Below are positions 38,163-47,528 of a stretch of 64,000 nt of DNA, in pieces. Made by a program: the position numbers and the translations under genes. The stretch comes from Gammaproteobacteria bacterium (lineage in GTDB: Bacteria; Pseudomonadota; Gammaproteobacteria; G965209235). Below the pieces are notes generated by a model. It did no database searches and was not told the origin of the DNA. It saw only the letters and a program-made list of their open reading frames with translations. The stretch covers positions 10,613-74,612 of the forward strand of contig OZ242382.1 of assembly GCA_965209235.1 (NCBI GenBank), given 5' to 3'. Positions within the stretch are counted from its first letter, which is position 1. Each line of letters opens with the position of its first letter.

Positions 38163-39178
38163 GGTGTTTTCCCAGAGACAGTTGGGCTGGTCAACATCTC
38201 ATGGCGAACCTTGGCTTCGATCTCTGCTCGAACTTCCGGGTTTTCGGTCAAATATTCGCAGGCCCTTGGCTTCCCCTGCCCCAATCGCGTATCCCCATAG
38301 GAATACCACGTGCCCGATCGTTTGATCACGCCATGGTGCGTTCCGAGTTCAACCAATTCATCTTCCATATTGACGCCGCGGCCAAACTCAATCATGAATT
38401 TGGCCGTTCGAAACGGCGGAGCCATCTTGTTCTTGACGACGCGCACGCGCGTTTCAGCCTGTCGTGCTTCTTCGTCGTACTTCGCACCAACTTTCCTAAT
38501 GTCCAGGCGAATCGACGCATAGAACTTCAGAGCGTTCCCGCCGGGCGTGGTCTCGGGGTTGCCATACATCACACCCACCTTGAGGCGAATCTGATTGATA
38601 AACACCACCAGTGTGCCGGATTTTTGAATATGGCCTGCGAGTTTGCGCAGCGCCTGCGACATGAGACGCGCTTGCAGCCCGACGTGCGTATCTCCCATCT
38701 CGCCTTCAATTTCTGCTCGTGGCGTCAAAGCTGCCACTGAGTCAACGACCACCACTGCGATGGATCCAGAGGACACCAGCATGTCAGCCAGTTCGAGAGC
38801 TTGTTCACCGGTATCAGGTTGGGAGACGAGAAGTGCATCGACATCAACACCCAGCTTTGCGGCATACGCCGGGTCAAGAGCGTGCTCGGCATCAATAAAT
38901 GCAGCCGTGCCACCGCACGCCTGCGCTTCAGCAACAACTTGCAGCGCCAGAGTCGTCTTCCCTGACGACTCTGGGCCGTAGATCTCGACAACACGACCGC
39001 GCGGAAGACCGCCGATTCCCAGTGCAGCATCCAGCGACAACGAGCGGGTCGACACAACCTCGACGGGGCGCCGTGACGCTTCGCCAAGACGCATGATCGC
39101 TCCTGCGCCGTATTGCCGCTCAATCTGTTTCATCACGCCATCAAGCGCGTGTTCCCGTGACTTATCTTCGGCAGGCAT
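38159..39178 (-). CDS. recA: Recombinase A
   Basis: [46 protein letters not shown]. Confidence 0.98.
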   Translation of the reverse strand: MPAEDKSREHALDGVMKQIERQYGAGAIMRLGEASRRPVEVVSTRSLSLDAALGIGGLPRGRVVEIYGPESSGKTTLALQVVAEAQACGGTAAFIDAEHALDPAYAAKLGVDVDALLVSQPDTGEQALELADMLVSSGSIAVVVVDSVAALTPRAEIEGEMGDTHVGLQARLMSQALRKLAGHIQKSGTLVVFINQIRLKVGVMYGNPETTPGGNALKFYASIRLDIRKVGAKYDEEARQAETRVRVVKNKMAPPFRTAKFMIEFGRGVNMEDELVELGTHHGVIKRSGTWYSYGDTRLGQGKPRACEYLTENPEVRAEIEAKVRHEMLTSPTVSGKTP

Positions 39179-39288
39179 TCAAAGGGGCAAAGCACCAACA
39201 CAGCGATTGTACTTTCACCCGGCAGATTACGAATGCGATGAATCACAACCTACAATCCAACGCTAAAGTGGCATGCGGCCTGCATACG

Positions 39289-40926
39289 ATGAGAGTTGTG
39301 ATTCTCGGCGCCGGGTTCGGCGGCGTCTTCGCTGCCAAGGAATTGGCAAAACGTGCTCCTGCTGAAGTCTCGATTGAGCTCATTAGCGAACGCAACTACT
39401 TCACCTTTCAGCCTCTCTTACCGGAAGTTGCCGGTGGGGTTCTGGCCGCACAAGACGCCGTGGCTCCTGTCCGCCTGCTGTTGCCCAAGCGCGTCCAATT
39501 TCATCAGGCCATTGCAAAAAAGATTGACGAGGAGGGCAAAAAGGTTGTCGTTGTGCAGGGCCAACAGCACAGACTGATTGATGTGCCTTACGACCGCTTG
39601 ATTCTGGCGACAGGCTGCGTGCCGAATACTGCGATTGTTCCTGGGTTTTCGGAGCACGCGTTCACCCTCAAGACACTGGCAGACGCGTTTGACATCCGCA
39701 ATCACATCCTGCAGTGCCTCGAATGGGCGGACGCAACCAAAAACCCTGACATTAAGAAACGCTTGCTGACGTTCGTCGTGGTTGGCGCTGGCTTCTCCGG
39801 TGTGGAGCTGGTCGGCGAAATCCAAGACATGATCAGACGATGCGTTGCACACTTCCCGCGTATTGACGCGACAAGCATCCGCATTTGCGTGGTACAGCGA
39901 GGCGATCGCGTGCTACCTGAGCTTTCGCCTTCCCTGTCTGACTACACCAAAGGCGAACTGGAGAGACGCGGCGTTGAAGTGCTCACCCAATCTGGGGTTG
40001 CCGCTGTCTCTCGTACGGCAGTGACACTGGCTGATGGCACCGTTGTTCCTACCGCCACTGTCGTGACCACCGCAGGAAACAAACCAACAGCAGTCGTGAC
40101 CGATCTCGAAGTCACGAAAGCCAACCGCGGCCGCCTCAAGACAGATATCTTTTTGCGCGTTGAAAGCATGAACAACACTTGGGCCCTTGGGGACGCTGCT
40201 CTTGTGCCGCGCGCCAAAGGATCCGACGACTTCTGCCCCCCTACAGCGCAATTTGCAACACGACAGGCCGTATTTGCGGCGCGCAACGTGATTGCAAGCA
40301 TCGTTGGCAAGAACATGAACGAGTGGAGTTTCACTCCCAAGGGATCGCTGGCCTCCCTTGGTGGCTACCGCGGTGTCGGCAGTGCCTACGGCATTCCGCT
40401 TCGCGGCGTGATGGGTTGGGCTGTGTGGCGTGGCTTCTACATGATGAAGCTGCCTGGATTCGTCACGAAATTACGTGTTGCCTTGAACTGGTTTTTGGAC
40501 TACTTCATTCCACGAAATATCGTAGAGCTCGAAAACTCCTCATCCAATGCTGTTCACTTCCTGCGCTTTGCTGGCGGCGACATCCTCTATGAAAAAGGAG
40601 AGTTGCTCGACGCTTGGCATGTCGTTGTGGAGGGTCAAGTAGAAATTACTCGTCTGATCGATGAGAAGATGGTCACCGTCGAACTGGGTCCGGGCGAGAG
40701 CTTCGGCAACCATGTCAATGGGTTTGGCGAACTCGCGCGCGGCTCCATCAAGGCCATCGAAAACACACGAGTCATGGTGATCGGATGGCAAGACTTCCAG
40801 TCAATCCGCGATTCGTCACCTGACCTGAACAAGTTCTTCACTGACGCTAGCAAGCGGCGTGACGAGCTGTTCGAAAAAGCGCGCACAGCATCCAGCCACA
40901 TAAGTAAGGAGGGTCCATCCCAATGA
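39289..40926 (+). CDS. Type II NAD(P)H:quinone oxidoreductase fused to a C-terminal cyclic-nucleotide-binding domain
   Basis: GAGFGG, FQPLLPEVA, GAGFSGVE, WALGD, AQFATRQ quinone motif; C-terminal GD.LY.KG...VVVEG.V...LGPGESFG...R..I.A. Likely start ATG 39289. Confidence 0.85.
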   Translation: MRVVILGAGFGGVFAAKELAKRAPAEVSIELISERNYFTFQPLLPEVAGGVLAAQDAVAPVRLLLPKRVQFHQAIAKKIDEEGKKVVVVQGQQHRLIDVPYDRLILATGCVPNTAIVPGFSEHAFTLKTLADAFDIRNHILQCLEWADATKNPDIKKRLLTFVVVGAGFSGVELVGEIQDMIRRCVAHFPRIDATSIRICVVQRGDRVLPELSPSLSDYTKGELERRGVEVLTQSGVAAVSRTAVTLADGTVVPTATVVTTAGNKPTAVVTDLEVTKANRGRLKTDIFLRVESMNNTWALGDAALVPRAKGSDDFCPPTAQFATRQAVFAARNVIASIVGKNMNEWSFTPKGSLASLGGYRGVGSAYGIPLRGVMGWAVWRGFYMMKLPGFVTKLRVALNWFLDYFIPRNIVELENSSSNAVHFLRFAGGDILYEKGELLDAWHVVVEGQVEITRLIDEKMVTVELGPGESFGNHVNGFGELARGSIKAIENTRVMVIGWQDFQSIRDSSPDLNKFFTDASKRRDELFEKARTASSHISKEGPSQ

Positions 40927-42095
40927 ACTTCAACAAACTCGCTCTTGAGCTTCACCGTGATCTCGGCGGCAAGATCTCTGTTAACGCTGATCTCACCGTT
41001 CGCAACGCAGACGATCTATCTCTGGCATACACCCCAGGTGTTGCTGCAGTTTGCGAAGCTATTCGAGACGACCGCAAAGAAGCTGCTCAACTCACCATCG
41101 CCGGACGTACGGTGGCTGTGGTCACTGACGGAACCGCCGTCCTTGGACTTGGCAATATTGGTCCTGCAGCAGCCATGCCTGTTATGGAAGGGAAATGCTT
41201 GTTGCTCAAAGAGCTTGGCGGTATTAACGCTTGGCCTCTCTGTATGAATGTGAATTCTGACGAAGAGCTCATTGCGGCTGTCAAAGCCATCGCACCCAGC
41301 TTCGCGGGCATTTTGCTCGAAGACATTGGGGCACCGCGGTGTTTCGTGGTCGAGGACTCACTTCAAGATCTCGGCATTCCCGTCTGGCATGATGATCAGC
41401 ACGGCACGGCGATCGTGGCTGCTGCAGCTGCCATTAATGCCACACGCGCATTGGATCTCGATTGGTCAGACCACAAGGTGGTGATTGCTGGCGCCGGTGC
41501 CGCGGGCATCGCCATCGGCCGTCTTTTCATGAGTGATGCTCTAGCTGAAACGATGGGTTCTAAGCCGAAAGATGTGATTTTGTGCGATCGCAAGGGCGCG
41601 ATCTCCAGTAGCCGCACTGACTTAACGGATGTCAAGCAAAAAACACTCGCTTGGTCGAACCAGACCAGTGCGACAGGCACCCTCGTGGAGGCTGCCGAAG
41701 GCGCCACGATCATTATTGGCGTGAGTGGACCAGGCGCCATCCCAGCAGCTGCAGTCTCTAAGATGGCGGATAACGCGATTGTCTTTGCTTTAGCAAACCC
41801 CATTCCCGAAATCATGCCCGACGATGCGTTTGCAGCTGGAGCCGTGATCGTGGGGACGGGTCGTAGTGATCTTCCGAATCAGATCAACAATGTTCTGGCA
41901 TTCCCGGGCGTGTTTAAAGGCATGCTCGATGCCGGCGCACAGCGAGTCACCGACTCAATGAAGTCATCCGCAGCCTACGCGCTCGCTATGGCGCTGCCGG
42001 TGCCATCACCCGAATGTATTCTGCCGGCTCCGCTCGACCCCGATTTACCGAAGCTCGTTGCGGCGGCCGTCACCGCCGCATACAAAGCGAGCTAA
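40923..42095 (+). CDS. Small NAD(P)-dependent malic enzyme (no PTA domain)
   Basis: LSLAYTPGVA, DGTAVLGLG, PVMEGK, LEDI, HDDQHGTA, GAGAAG, ALANP.PE, NQINNVLAFPG; ATGA-coupled, RBS AAGGAGG. Confidence 0.93.
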   Translation: MNFNKLALELHRDLGGKISVNADLTVRNADDLSLAYTPGVAAVCEAIRDDRKEAAQLTIAGRTVAVVTDGTAVLGLGNIGPAAAMPVMEGKCLLLKELGGINAWPLCMNVNSDEELIAAVKAIAPSFAGILLEDIGAPRCFVVEDSLQDLGIPVWHDDQHGTAIVAAAAAINATRALDLDWSDHKVVIAGAGAAGIAIGRLFMSDALAETMGSKPKDVILCDRKGAISSSRTDLTDVKQKTLAWSNQTSATGTLVEAAEGATIIIGVSGPGAIPAAAVSKMADNAIVFALANPIPEIMPDDAFAAGAVIVGTGRSDLPNQINNVLAFPGVFKGMLDAGAQRVTDSMKSSAAYALAMALPVPSPECILPAPLDPDLPKLVAAAVTAAYKAS

Positions 42096-42097
42096 CA

Positions 42098-42607
42098 TCA
42101 AACCAGCGCGTCTAAACACCCTGCGAGCGCTCGCCGCACGGTGCGAAGGCGCACTTCGCTTCGATCACCAGGAAAGACCTCCCGCGAGGACGTAACGCCA
42201 GCGGGAGTGGACCACGCTAACCATACGGTTCCGAGCGGCTTGTCATCGGACCCACCCGTCGGTCCCGCAATACCGGAAACTGCGACAACGAGCTGCGAGG
42301 ATGATTGCGCCGTTGCGCCAGCGCACATCGCTTCCACGCATGCTTGAGAGACGGCACCATGCCCCCTCATCACATGCGGCGGAACATTGAGGCGCTTTTG
42401 CTTCGCATCGTTGCTGTACACCACCCAAGACTGGTGAAGCCATACCGATGAACCAGCGATCTCCGTGATCGCGCCGGCAATCAGTCCGCCTGTGCATGAC
42501 TCAGCCGTTGAGATGACCCACCGACGTTCACGCAGTGCGTCGCCAAGGTCGGACGCGAGCGTCCTTAACTCTTCCCACGATGGAGGGGATGCCTGATCTG
42601 TGTACAT
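42098..42607 (-). CDS. pncC: CinA C-terminal domain / NMN deamidase PncC
   Basis: TAESCTGG, AGSS, YSN.AK, HGAVS, SGIAGP.GG...KP.GTV. Likely start ATG 42607. Confidence 0.9.
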   Translation of the reverse strand: MYTDQASPPSWEELRTLASDLGDALRERRWVISTAESCTGGLIAGAITEIAGSSVWLHQSWVVYSNDAKQKRLNVPPHVMRGHGAVSQACVEAMCAGATAQSSSQLVVAVSGIAGPTGGSDDKPLGTVWLAWSTPAGVTSSREVFPGDRSEVRLRTVRRALAGCLDALV

Positions 42608-42611
42608 GACG

Positions 42612-43157
42612 TCAGTTTGCAGCGCGTTCCCGCCACACTGCGGCGAGAGCGGGATCGCGTCCAACGCCATCACCCTTCTCATATGCACGGGCGACCGCCA
42701 GCTGTGCTCTTTTGTGACCAAGTTGCGCCGCCTGTGCCCAGTACTTCACAGCCAACCTCCGGCTGCGACGCACGTGGTTCCCTTGATAGTGCATCTGACC
42801 TTTCGTGAACAACGAGGGGGGATGTAGGGCACTGATGGCGCTTTCAAGGTGGCTGAGTCCCAGCTTGCGGTTGCGCTTCACGCGTTTACCGTTGAGGTAC
42901 AGCTTGGCCAGATTGAAACGAGCGCTCACGACACCCGCATCGGCAGCCCGCTGGTACCAAATCACTGCTTGGTCAATGCTTGTTGCAACGCCCACACCTT
43001 CAGCGTGCTTCACGCCTAATATGAAGAATGCGTCGTTGTTTCCCTGCTCTCCTGCTGTCGTCAGTGATTGGACGCTGTCATGCACATCAACGGCATACAC
43101 CGATAACGGAGCCATGAAACAGGCGATGATGGCAGATAGCCGGATGAACTGATGCAT
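42612..43157 (-). CDS. Secreted Sel1-repeat protein
   Basis: Signal peptide (..SVYA); repeats A.F.LG....G.GV.....A..WY..AA..G. Likely start ATG 43157. Confidence 0.85.
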   Translation of the reverse strand: MHQFIRLSAIIACFMAPLSVYAVDVHDSVQSLTTAGEQGNNDAFFILGVKHAEGVGVATSIDQAVIWYQRAADAGVVSARFNLAKLYLNGKRVKRNRKLGLSHLESAISALHPPSLFTKGQMHYQGNHVRRSRRLAVKYWAQAAQLGHKRAQLAVARAYEKGDGVGRDPALAAVWRERAAN

Positions 43158-43264
43158 AAATGTAGGCGTTTTTGCTCTCCAAAATTGTACGAGAGCACAC
43201 TGCCTCGATAGCAAAACTTACAATCGGCCCCGCTCGCGTCTTGCGGACACCTCCTGTCAAGCTC

Positions 43265-45727
43265 GTGACCAGCTCAACTGACATTTCGGCTCTCACGCCC
43301 ATGATGCAACAGTACATGAGCATCAAAGAACAACATCAAGACAAGTTCATCTTCTTTCGTCTCGGCGACTTCTATGAACTGTTTTTCGATGACGCCGTCA
43401 ACGGCGCGAAGCTGTTGGATCTCACCCTCACCACCCGTGATCGGGCAGCAAAACACCCTATTCCGATGGCAGGCGTCCCGTATCACGCGGCGACGAACTA
43501 CTTCAAGAAGTTGCTGGACTGCGGTGAGAGCATTGTTGTCTGTGAGCAAGTCGGCGAACGACTGGTTGGCCAACCCATGCGCAGAGAAGTGGCGCGCGTT
43601 CTCACTCCAGGCACGATCGTCGACGACGACTTCATCGAAGATGGCACAGCACCTGCGATTAGCGCACTCACCGCATCACCGCAGTCTCGCGGTAACACCG
43701 AATATGGCATCGCAACCAGTATCGCGATTGACGGCATCATGTGCGTGGAAGAAGTGACCGGCCCAGACGACGCTGCTGACTGCATCTCAAGACATCACCC
43801 CAAGGAACTTGTGATTCCTGACTCGCTGGCACGCGACCCGGCGGTCATTACGATTCGCAAGTCCCTTCCTGATCTCCCCATTCGTTGGGTGTCATCATGG
43901 GCAACGGACGAAAGGCAAGCCACCACCTTGGTACTGTCATCGGCTGGTGCGTCGTCATTACGCGCCATTGACCTAGAGGACTGCACCACTGGCGTCGTCG
44001 CTTGTGGAACCATGTTGAGCTATCGATCGAAGGCCGGACACCCGCCACTGCATATTCGTACCGTTGAACGGGTGAGATCAGGCGATTTTCTGGAATGTGA
44101 CGCGAACACCGCTCAGCAACTTGGCCTGAGCGACCGAGCATCACCGGCAGCATTAGATGCCACGCTTGACGTGTGTTCGACCCACAGCGGAAGCGCGTCG
44201 CTGCGATCTTGGTTGAAAACACCGACACTGATACCGCGCATCCGCGATGAACGCTTGCAAGGGATCACCGGCTTGCGGCACGATGCGGCTTTGGATCAGA
44301 TCCGCGACGTTCTGCGCGGCCTCCCGGATATTCGGCGCCATGTGACGCGCCTGTCTGCCAGTATCCATCGACCCACCGATGCTGGTGCCGTTCGGCGCGC
44401 TCTCAACACACTGAGCGACTTGGCTCAGCTTGCAACCAACAGCTCAGCTGCGCCATTGCAACGAGTGCGTGAGGTCAGTGACGCGCTGAAAGATCTGCAG
44501 TTGACACTCAATACGTATCTGGTTGAGATGCCACCCCGAGAGCTTGGCGATGACTATGTCATTGCGCCAGGCGCGGATTCACAACTTGACCAGCTGCGCA
44601 CCCACTCCGAACAGTCGCGACAACTAATGGATGATCTCCAAGTCGACTTGCGATCTCGCAGCGGCAACCCCAATCTAAAGGTCATCCGTCACCAGAGCCA
44701 TGGGGTCATCGTTGAAGCCAAGAAGCAAGATGCTGATCGCATGCCGGACGAATTCCGTCGTATTCAGACTCTCAAACATGCCGAGCGTTACCTCCATACG
44801 GATACCACAGCGCTTGACTCGCGCTTGACCGTTGCTGCCGCCGCAGTGCATGAGCGCGAAAAGCTGCTCCTTGAGCAGGTGATCGATGGTATTTGTCGCA
44901 ACGCAACACAGCTCGATCTTGCGGGACATGCGGCAACGACGCTTGACGTTCTCGCAGCGATCGCCTACCAAGCTCGCTTACGGAATTGGCAAAACCCAAC
45001 GTACAGCGACCGCCCGTTCGTCTCCATCTCCGATGGGCGCCACCCTTATCTGGATCTCACCGCGCCACCCGAATCGATTACCGGCAACGACTGTGATCTC
45101 GGTCATGATTACCCGACGGCATCGGTGATTACCGGCCCAAATATGAGCGGAAAGAGCACGTATTTGCGCACCGCAGCACTCCTTGTCATCATGGCGGCTT
45201 GCGGCTTTCCGGTGCCGGCTGCTCACCTGCGCATGGGCGCTATTCACCGCATCATGTGCCGGATGGGCGCTGATGATGCGCTTGAGCGGCATCAATCGAC
45301 TTTCATGGTCGAAATGATCGAAACGGCGCGCATTTTGCGCACTGCTCATCAGCACTCGTTGGTCATTGTGGATGAGGTCGGCCGCGGCACAGGGACTGCG
45401 GACGGTCGAGCCATCGCCCGCGCCGTGTTTGAAGACATCATCAGATCACGCGCACTCACCCTCTTCGCAACGCACGATCTTGAACTCGCGCATGAAGTGC
45501 GACGTGATGGGGATGCCGCCACATGGTTTTTCCCTGTGAATGTTTCACCGGACGACGAAGTGTGTTTCACCCATCACGTCCGAGAAGGGGTTTCGCCGGG
45601 GAGCTACGGCGTGGAGGTGGCGCGAATGGCTGGCGTTCCCGAGCGCGTGATTACCCGTGCCCGGAACTTATTGAAGTTGCAACCTGATATCTCACCTTCA
45701 CCGACCGAACCCAAGCTTAAGTTCTGA
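43265..45727 (+). CDS. mutS: DNA mismatch repair protein MutS
   Basis: TPMMQQY, FFRLGDFYELF, GPNMSGKST, STFMVEM, DEVGRGT, FATH, SYG..VA. Likely start GTG 43265. Confidence 0.94.
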   Translation: MTSSTDISALTPMMQQYMSIKEQHQDKFIFFRLGDFYELFFDDAVNGAKLLDLTLTTRDRAAKHPIPMAGVPYHAATNYFKKLLDCGESIVVCEQVGERLVGQPMRREVARVLTPGTIVDDDFIEDGTAPAISALTASPQSRGNTEYGIATSIAIDGIMCVEEVTGPDDAADCISRHHPKELVIPDSLARDPAVITIRKSLPDLPIRWVSSWATDERQATTLVLSSAGASSLRAIDLEDCTTGVVACGTMLSYRSKAGHPPLHIRTVERVRSGDFLECDANTAQQLGLSDRASPAALDATLDVCSTHSGSASLRSWLKTPTLIPRIRDERLQGITGLRHDAALDQIRDVLRGLPDIRRHVTRLSASIHRPTDAGAVRRALNTLSDLAQLATNSSAAPLQRVREVSDALKDLQLTLNTYLVEMPPRELGDDYVIAPGADSQLDQLRTHSEQSRQLMDDLQVDLRSRSGNPNLKVIRHQSHGVIVEAKKQDADRMPDEFRRIQTLKHAERYLHTDTTALDSRLTVAAAAVHEREKLLLEQVIDGICRNATQLDLAGHAATTLDVLAAIAYQARLRNWQNPTYSDRPFVSISDGRHPYLDLTAPPESITGNDCDLGHDYPTASVITGPNMSGKSTYLRTAALLVIMAACGFPVPAAHLRMGAIHRIMCRMGADDALERHQSTFMVEMIETARILRTAHQHSLVIVDEVGRGTGTADGRAIARAVFEDIIRSRALTLFATHDLELAHEVRRDGDAATWFFPVNVSPDDEVCFTHHVREGVSPGSYGVEVARMAGVPERVITRARNLLKLQPDISPSPTEPKLKF

Positions 45728-45761
45728 CGTCCGCGCGTAGAATCCGGGTAGTTCATATGCC

Positions 45762-47528
45762 TTGTTGCCAGTGACTCTCCTCTCTCGAATTCGAGTGCAT
45801 TCTGTGCTTTTCGTGTTCTGCGCGATCCTATTGACCCCCAGCGCAGCCGCACAATCAGCGATTATTCGCGGGTCAGCGCTATCTCATCCTGAAGTTGGGG
45901 ACTATGGAGCGGTATCGACGCAGCACTACCTCGCATCCCGGACCGGCGCAAAAATTCTTCGCCAGGGCGGCAATGCGGTGGATGCAGCTGTTGCAACGGC
46001 GCTCACGCTGACGGCTGTGCTACCACGTGCCGGAAATCTTGGCGGCGGCGGCTTTATGTTGGTGTATTTGGCTGAAGAAGACAGAACCATTGCCATTGAC
46101 TATCGTGAAGTGGCTCCAGCCCAAGCGACGCGAGACATGTTCCTAGACAGCAACGGCGAAGTAGTTCAGAAACGCTCTCGCTACTCCCCCAAGGCAGCTG
46201 GTGTCCCTGGTACCGTCTACGGACTATGGCACGCACTAACAAAGTACGGCACGATGTCATGGAAAGATGTGTCTCAAGATGCCATTCGCTACGCTCGGCA
46301 TGGCTTTGAACTTCATCCTGAGCAAGCGGATGCCTTCAAACGAGCCACCCACCTTGGAGACGACCCAGAGTCGCGGCGCATTTTCCTTCGCAACTGGCGC
46401 TTTTACGAAGTGGGTGAGCGGTTTGTTCAACCTGACTTAGCCAAAACGCTTCAATTGATGGCCGATAAAGGTCCTATCGAAGCGTTTTACCACGGTGAGA
46501 TCGGCCGGGCCATTCATGATCAGATGATCGCAACTGACGGTTTGATCACCATTAACGACTTACGAGCGTATCGCGCGGTTGAACGCACTCCCGTGACAAC
46601 GACATTCCGCGACGCTGATATTTATCTGTTTCCCCTACCGAGCAGCGGCGGTGTCATGATCAAGCAAATGCTGTCAGTATTGGACAGGTTTGATTTAGAT
46701 GCCTATTCCCCACTGAGCGCTGATTGGATCCACGTGTTGGCAGAAACGACGAAGCTCAGCTTTGCAGATCGTTCAGCCCACATGGGTGACCCCGAGTTTT
46801 GGGACGTACCGACAGATTGGCTGACCAGTCGCAAGTACACAGCCTCGTTGGCACGTAGCATTGATATGAATACAGCGCGCCCGGCGTCTGACATTCGCCC
46901 ATCAGTTGTCCCCCATCGCGAGAGCCCTGATACCACGCATTTCTCCATCGTGGATCGACACGGCAACGCAGTATCCAACACGTACACGCTGAATTTCAGC
47001 TTTGGCTCCGGCATCATGCTCAAAGGGTTTGGCTTCTTGTTGAACAATGAAATGGATGACTTCGCAGCACGGCCCGGCACCCCCAATGCCTATGGCTTGC
47101 TTGGCGGAGATGCCAACGCGGTGGAGCCCATGAAGCGACCATTAAGCTCTATGACGCCCGTCATTGCTGTGCGAGATGGACGTCCGGCACTGGTCACCGG
47201 AAGCCCTGGCGGAAGCCGAATCATTAGCGCGGTGCTGCACAACTTAATCCGTGTCTTTGTACATGGCGATAACCTCAAAGAAGCCGTTTCTGCCCCTCGC
47301 ACCCACCATCAATGGGCCCCCGATGCTGTCTTTGTGGAGCGAGGCGTCTCAACTGACACCATCGACATATTGCGCAAGCGCGGACACCATGTGGAAGTCA
47401 CGCGAACCATTGGCGCCATACAAAGCGTCGGCATGATCGCCGATGGCGTATTCTTAGGAGCATCTGATCCGCGCCGGCCGACCGGTCGTGCCATTGGTGT
47501 TCAGGCTCCGAAATCGCAAAAGCACTGA
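45762..47528 (+). CDS. ggt: Gamma-glutamyltranspeptidase
   Basis: GGNAVDAAVA, GGGGFM, IDYRE.AP, autoproteolysis site D/TTHFS, LNNEMDDF, RPLSSM.P, GSPGG.RI, ASDPR. Confidence 0.95.
   Translation: MLPVTLLSRIRVHSVLFVFCAILLTPSAAAQSAIIRGSALSHPEVGDYGAVSTQHYLASRTGAKILRQGGNAVDAAVATALTLTAVLPRAGNLGGGGFMLVYLAEEDRTIAIDYREVAPAQATRDMFLDSNGEVVQKRSRYSPKAAGVPGTVYGLWHALTKYGTMSWKDVSQDAIRYARHGFELHPEQADAFKRATHLGDDPESRRIFLRNWRFYEVGERFVQPDLAKTLQLMADKGPIEAFYHGEIGRAIHDQMIATDGLITINDLRAYRAVERTPVTTTFRDADIYLFPLPSSGGVMIKQMLSVLDRFDLDAYSPLSADWIHVLAETTKLSFADRSAHMGDPEFWDVPTDWLTSRKYTASLARSIDMNTARPASDIRPSVVPHRESPDTTHFSIVDRHGNAVSNTYTLNFSFGSGIMLKGFGFLLNNEMDDFAARPGTPNAYGLLGGDANAVEPMKRPLSSMTPVIAVRDGRPALVTGSPGGSRIISAVLHNLIRVFVHGDNLKEAVSAPRTHHQWAPDAVFVERGVSTDTIDILRKRGHHVEVTRTIGAIQSVGMIADGVFLGASDPRRPTGRAIGVQAPKSQKH

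Noticed and set aside
39207-39222. LexA box upstream of recA (TTGT-N8-CCGG)
   Set aside because: Three mismatches to CTGT-N8-ACAG; not supportable.
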